A DNA stretch of 64,000 nucleotides, from positions 916-64,915 of the forward strand of contig CAZQTO010000001.1 in the NCBI GenBank assembly GCA_964596375.1. Reading direction: 5' to 3'. Source of the DNA: an uncultured Zetaproteobacteria bacterium. GTDB lineage: Bacteria > Pseudomonadota > Zetaproteobacteria > Mariprofundales > Mariprofundaceae. Position numbers and translations under genes: made by a program. Below, piece by piece: positions 63,716-64,000 of this stretch (position 1 is its first letter; every line of letters starts with the position of its first letter). Under the pieces are notes generated by a model that saw nothing but the letters and a program-made list of their open reading frames with translations, had not been told where the DNA came from and ran no database searches.

Positions 63716-64000
63716 CTATCGCCCGGCTTTCCGCGCTTGTAGAATTTTACTCCGAAGTTCGAGATTGGGTGCAATGGCGATGCTCTTCTGCCACAAGGCC
63801 AGTGCCCGCTTCTCTTTACCGGCCTGTGCGAAAATATCCCCGGCGATATTCAGGCAAGGCGCGCAGGCAGGTAATAGTCGGACAGCCCTGTCGGCATACA
63901 GCAATGCCTCTCCCCGTTGCTTTTTTGCAGCCAGAAAACGGGCAAAACGCAAATGTGCGAAACCGTTTTTGGCATCTGCCTTAATGGCCCTTTGGTAATA
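63716..64000 (-). CDS. TPR-repeat protein, C-terminal part (5' end outside window)
   Basis: Frame is open to the window edge. ...YYQRAIKADAKNGFAHLRFARFLAAKKQRGEALLYADRAVRLLP...GDIFAQAGKEKRALALWQKSIAIAP has TPR-like periodicity. Confidence 0.5.
   Translation of the reverse strand, partial: YYQRAIKADAKNGFAHLRFARFLAAKKQRGEALLYADRAVRLLPACAPCLNIAGDIFAQAGKEKRALALWQKSIAIAPNLELRSKILQARKAGR

Overview
This is a 64-kb chromosomal segment from a Gram-negative proteobacterium. G+C looks mid-50s % by eye, not computed. The gene neighbourhoods look gammaproteobacterial. They include rsmI/lpoA/yraN/diaA-like/dolP-like, a tRNA-Gly(GCC)-Cys(GCA)-Leu(UAA) operon like E. coli glyW-cysT-leuZ, ponA next to pilM-Q-aroB, and fadI/fadJ-type beta-oxidation genes. 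I can support about 70 protein genes, 4 tRNAs and several rho-independent terminators. I see no rRNA, CRISPR array, transposase or integrase. Most content is housekeeping: thrC end, recJ, ettA, uvrA, ssb, pta-ackA, heptose genes hldD/hldC/gmhA-like, PBP1A, aroB. There is also an envelope/stress cluster (SYLF, coiled-coil, 2xBON, OmpA-like). Four regions deserve follow-up. (1) In the type IV pilus locus at 49.7-58.8 kb, a FimT/PilV/PilW/PilX-like minor-pilin operon is followed by two paralogous, unrecognisable secreted proteins instead of PilY1/PilE. One of them carries a K/S/D/E tandem-repeat tract, and pilMNOQ lacks pilP. (2) Two AT-rich orphan genes at 7.3-10.0 kb are inserted on the opposite strand to their neighbours. 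One has a HEPN-like Rx4H motif. The other is a 355-aa tail-anchored protein bracketed by two copies of a palindromic hairpin. (3) An arsS-arsM arsenosugar-type pair follows a thermostable-hemolysin-family (GNAT-like) gene. (4) A deoxyhypusine-synthase-like ORF is translationally coupled inside the yraN/diaA/dolP neighbourhood. All functional calls come from reading the translations by eye. No database search was run.
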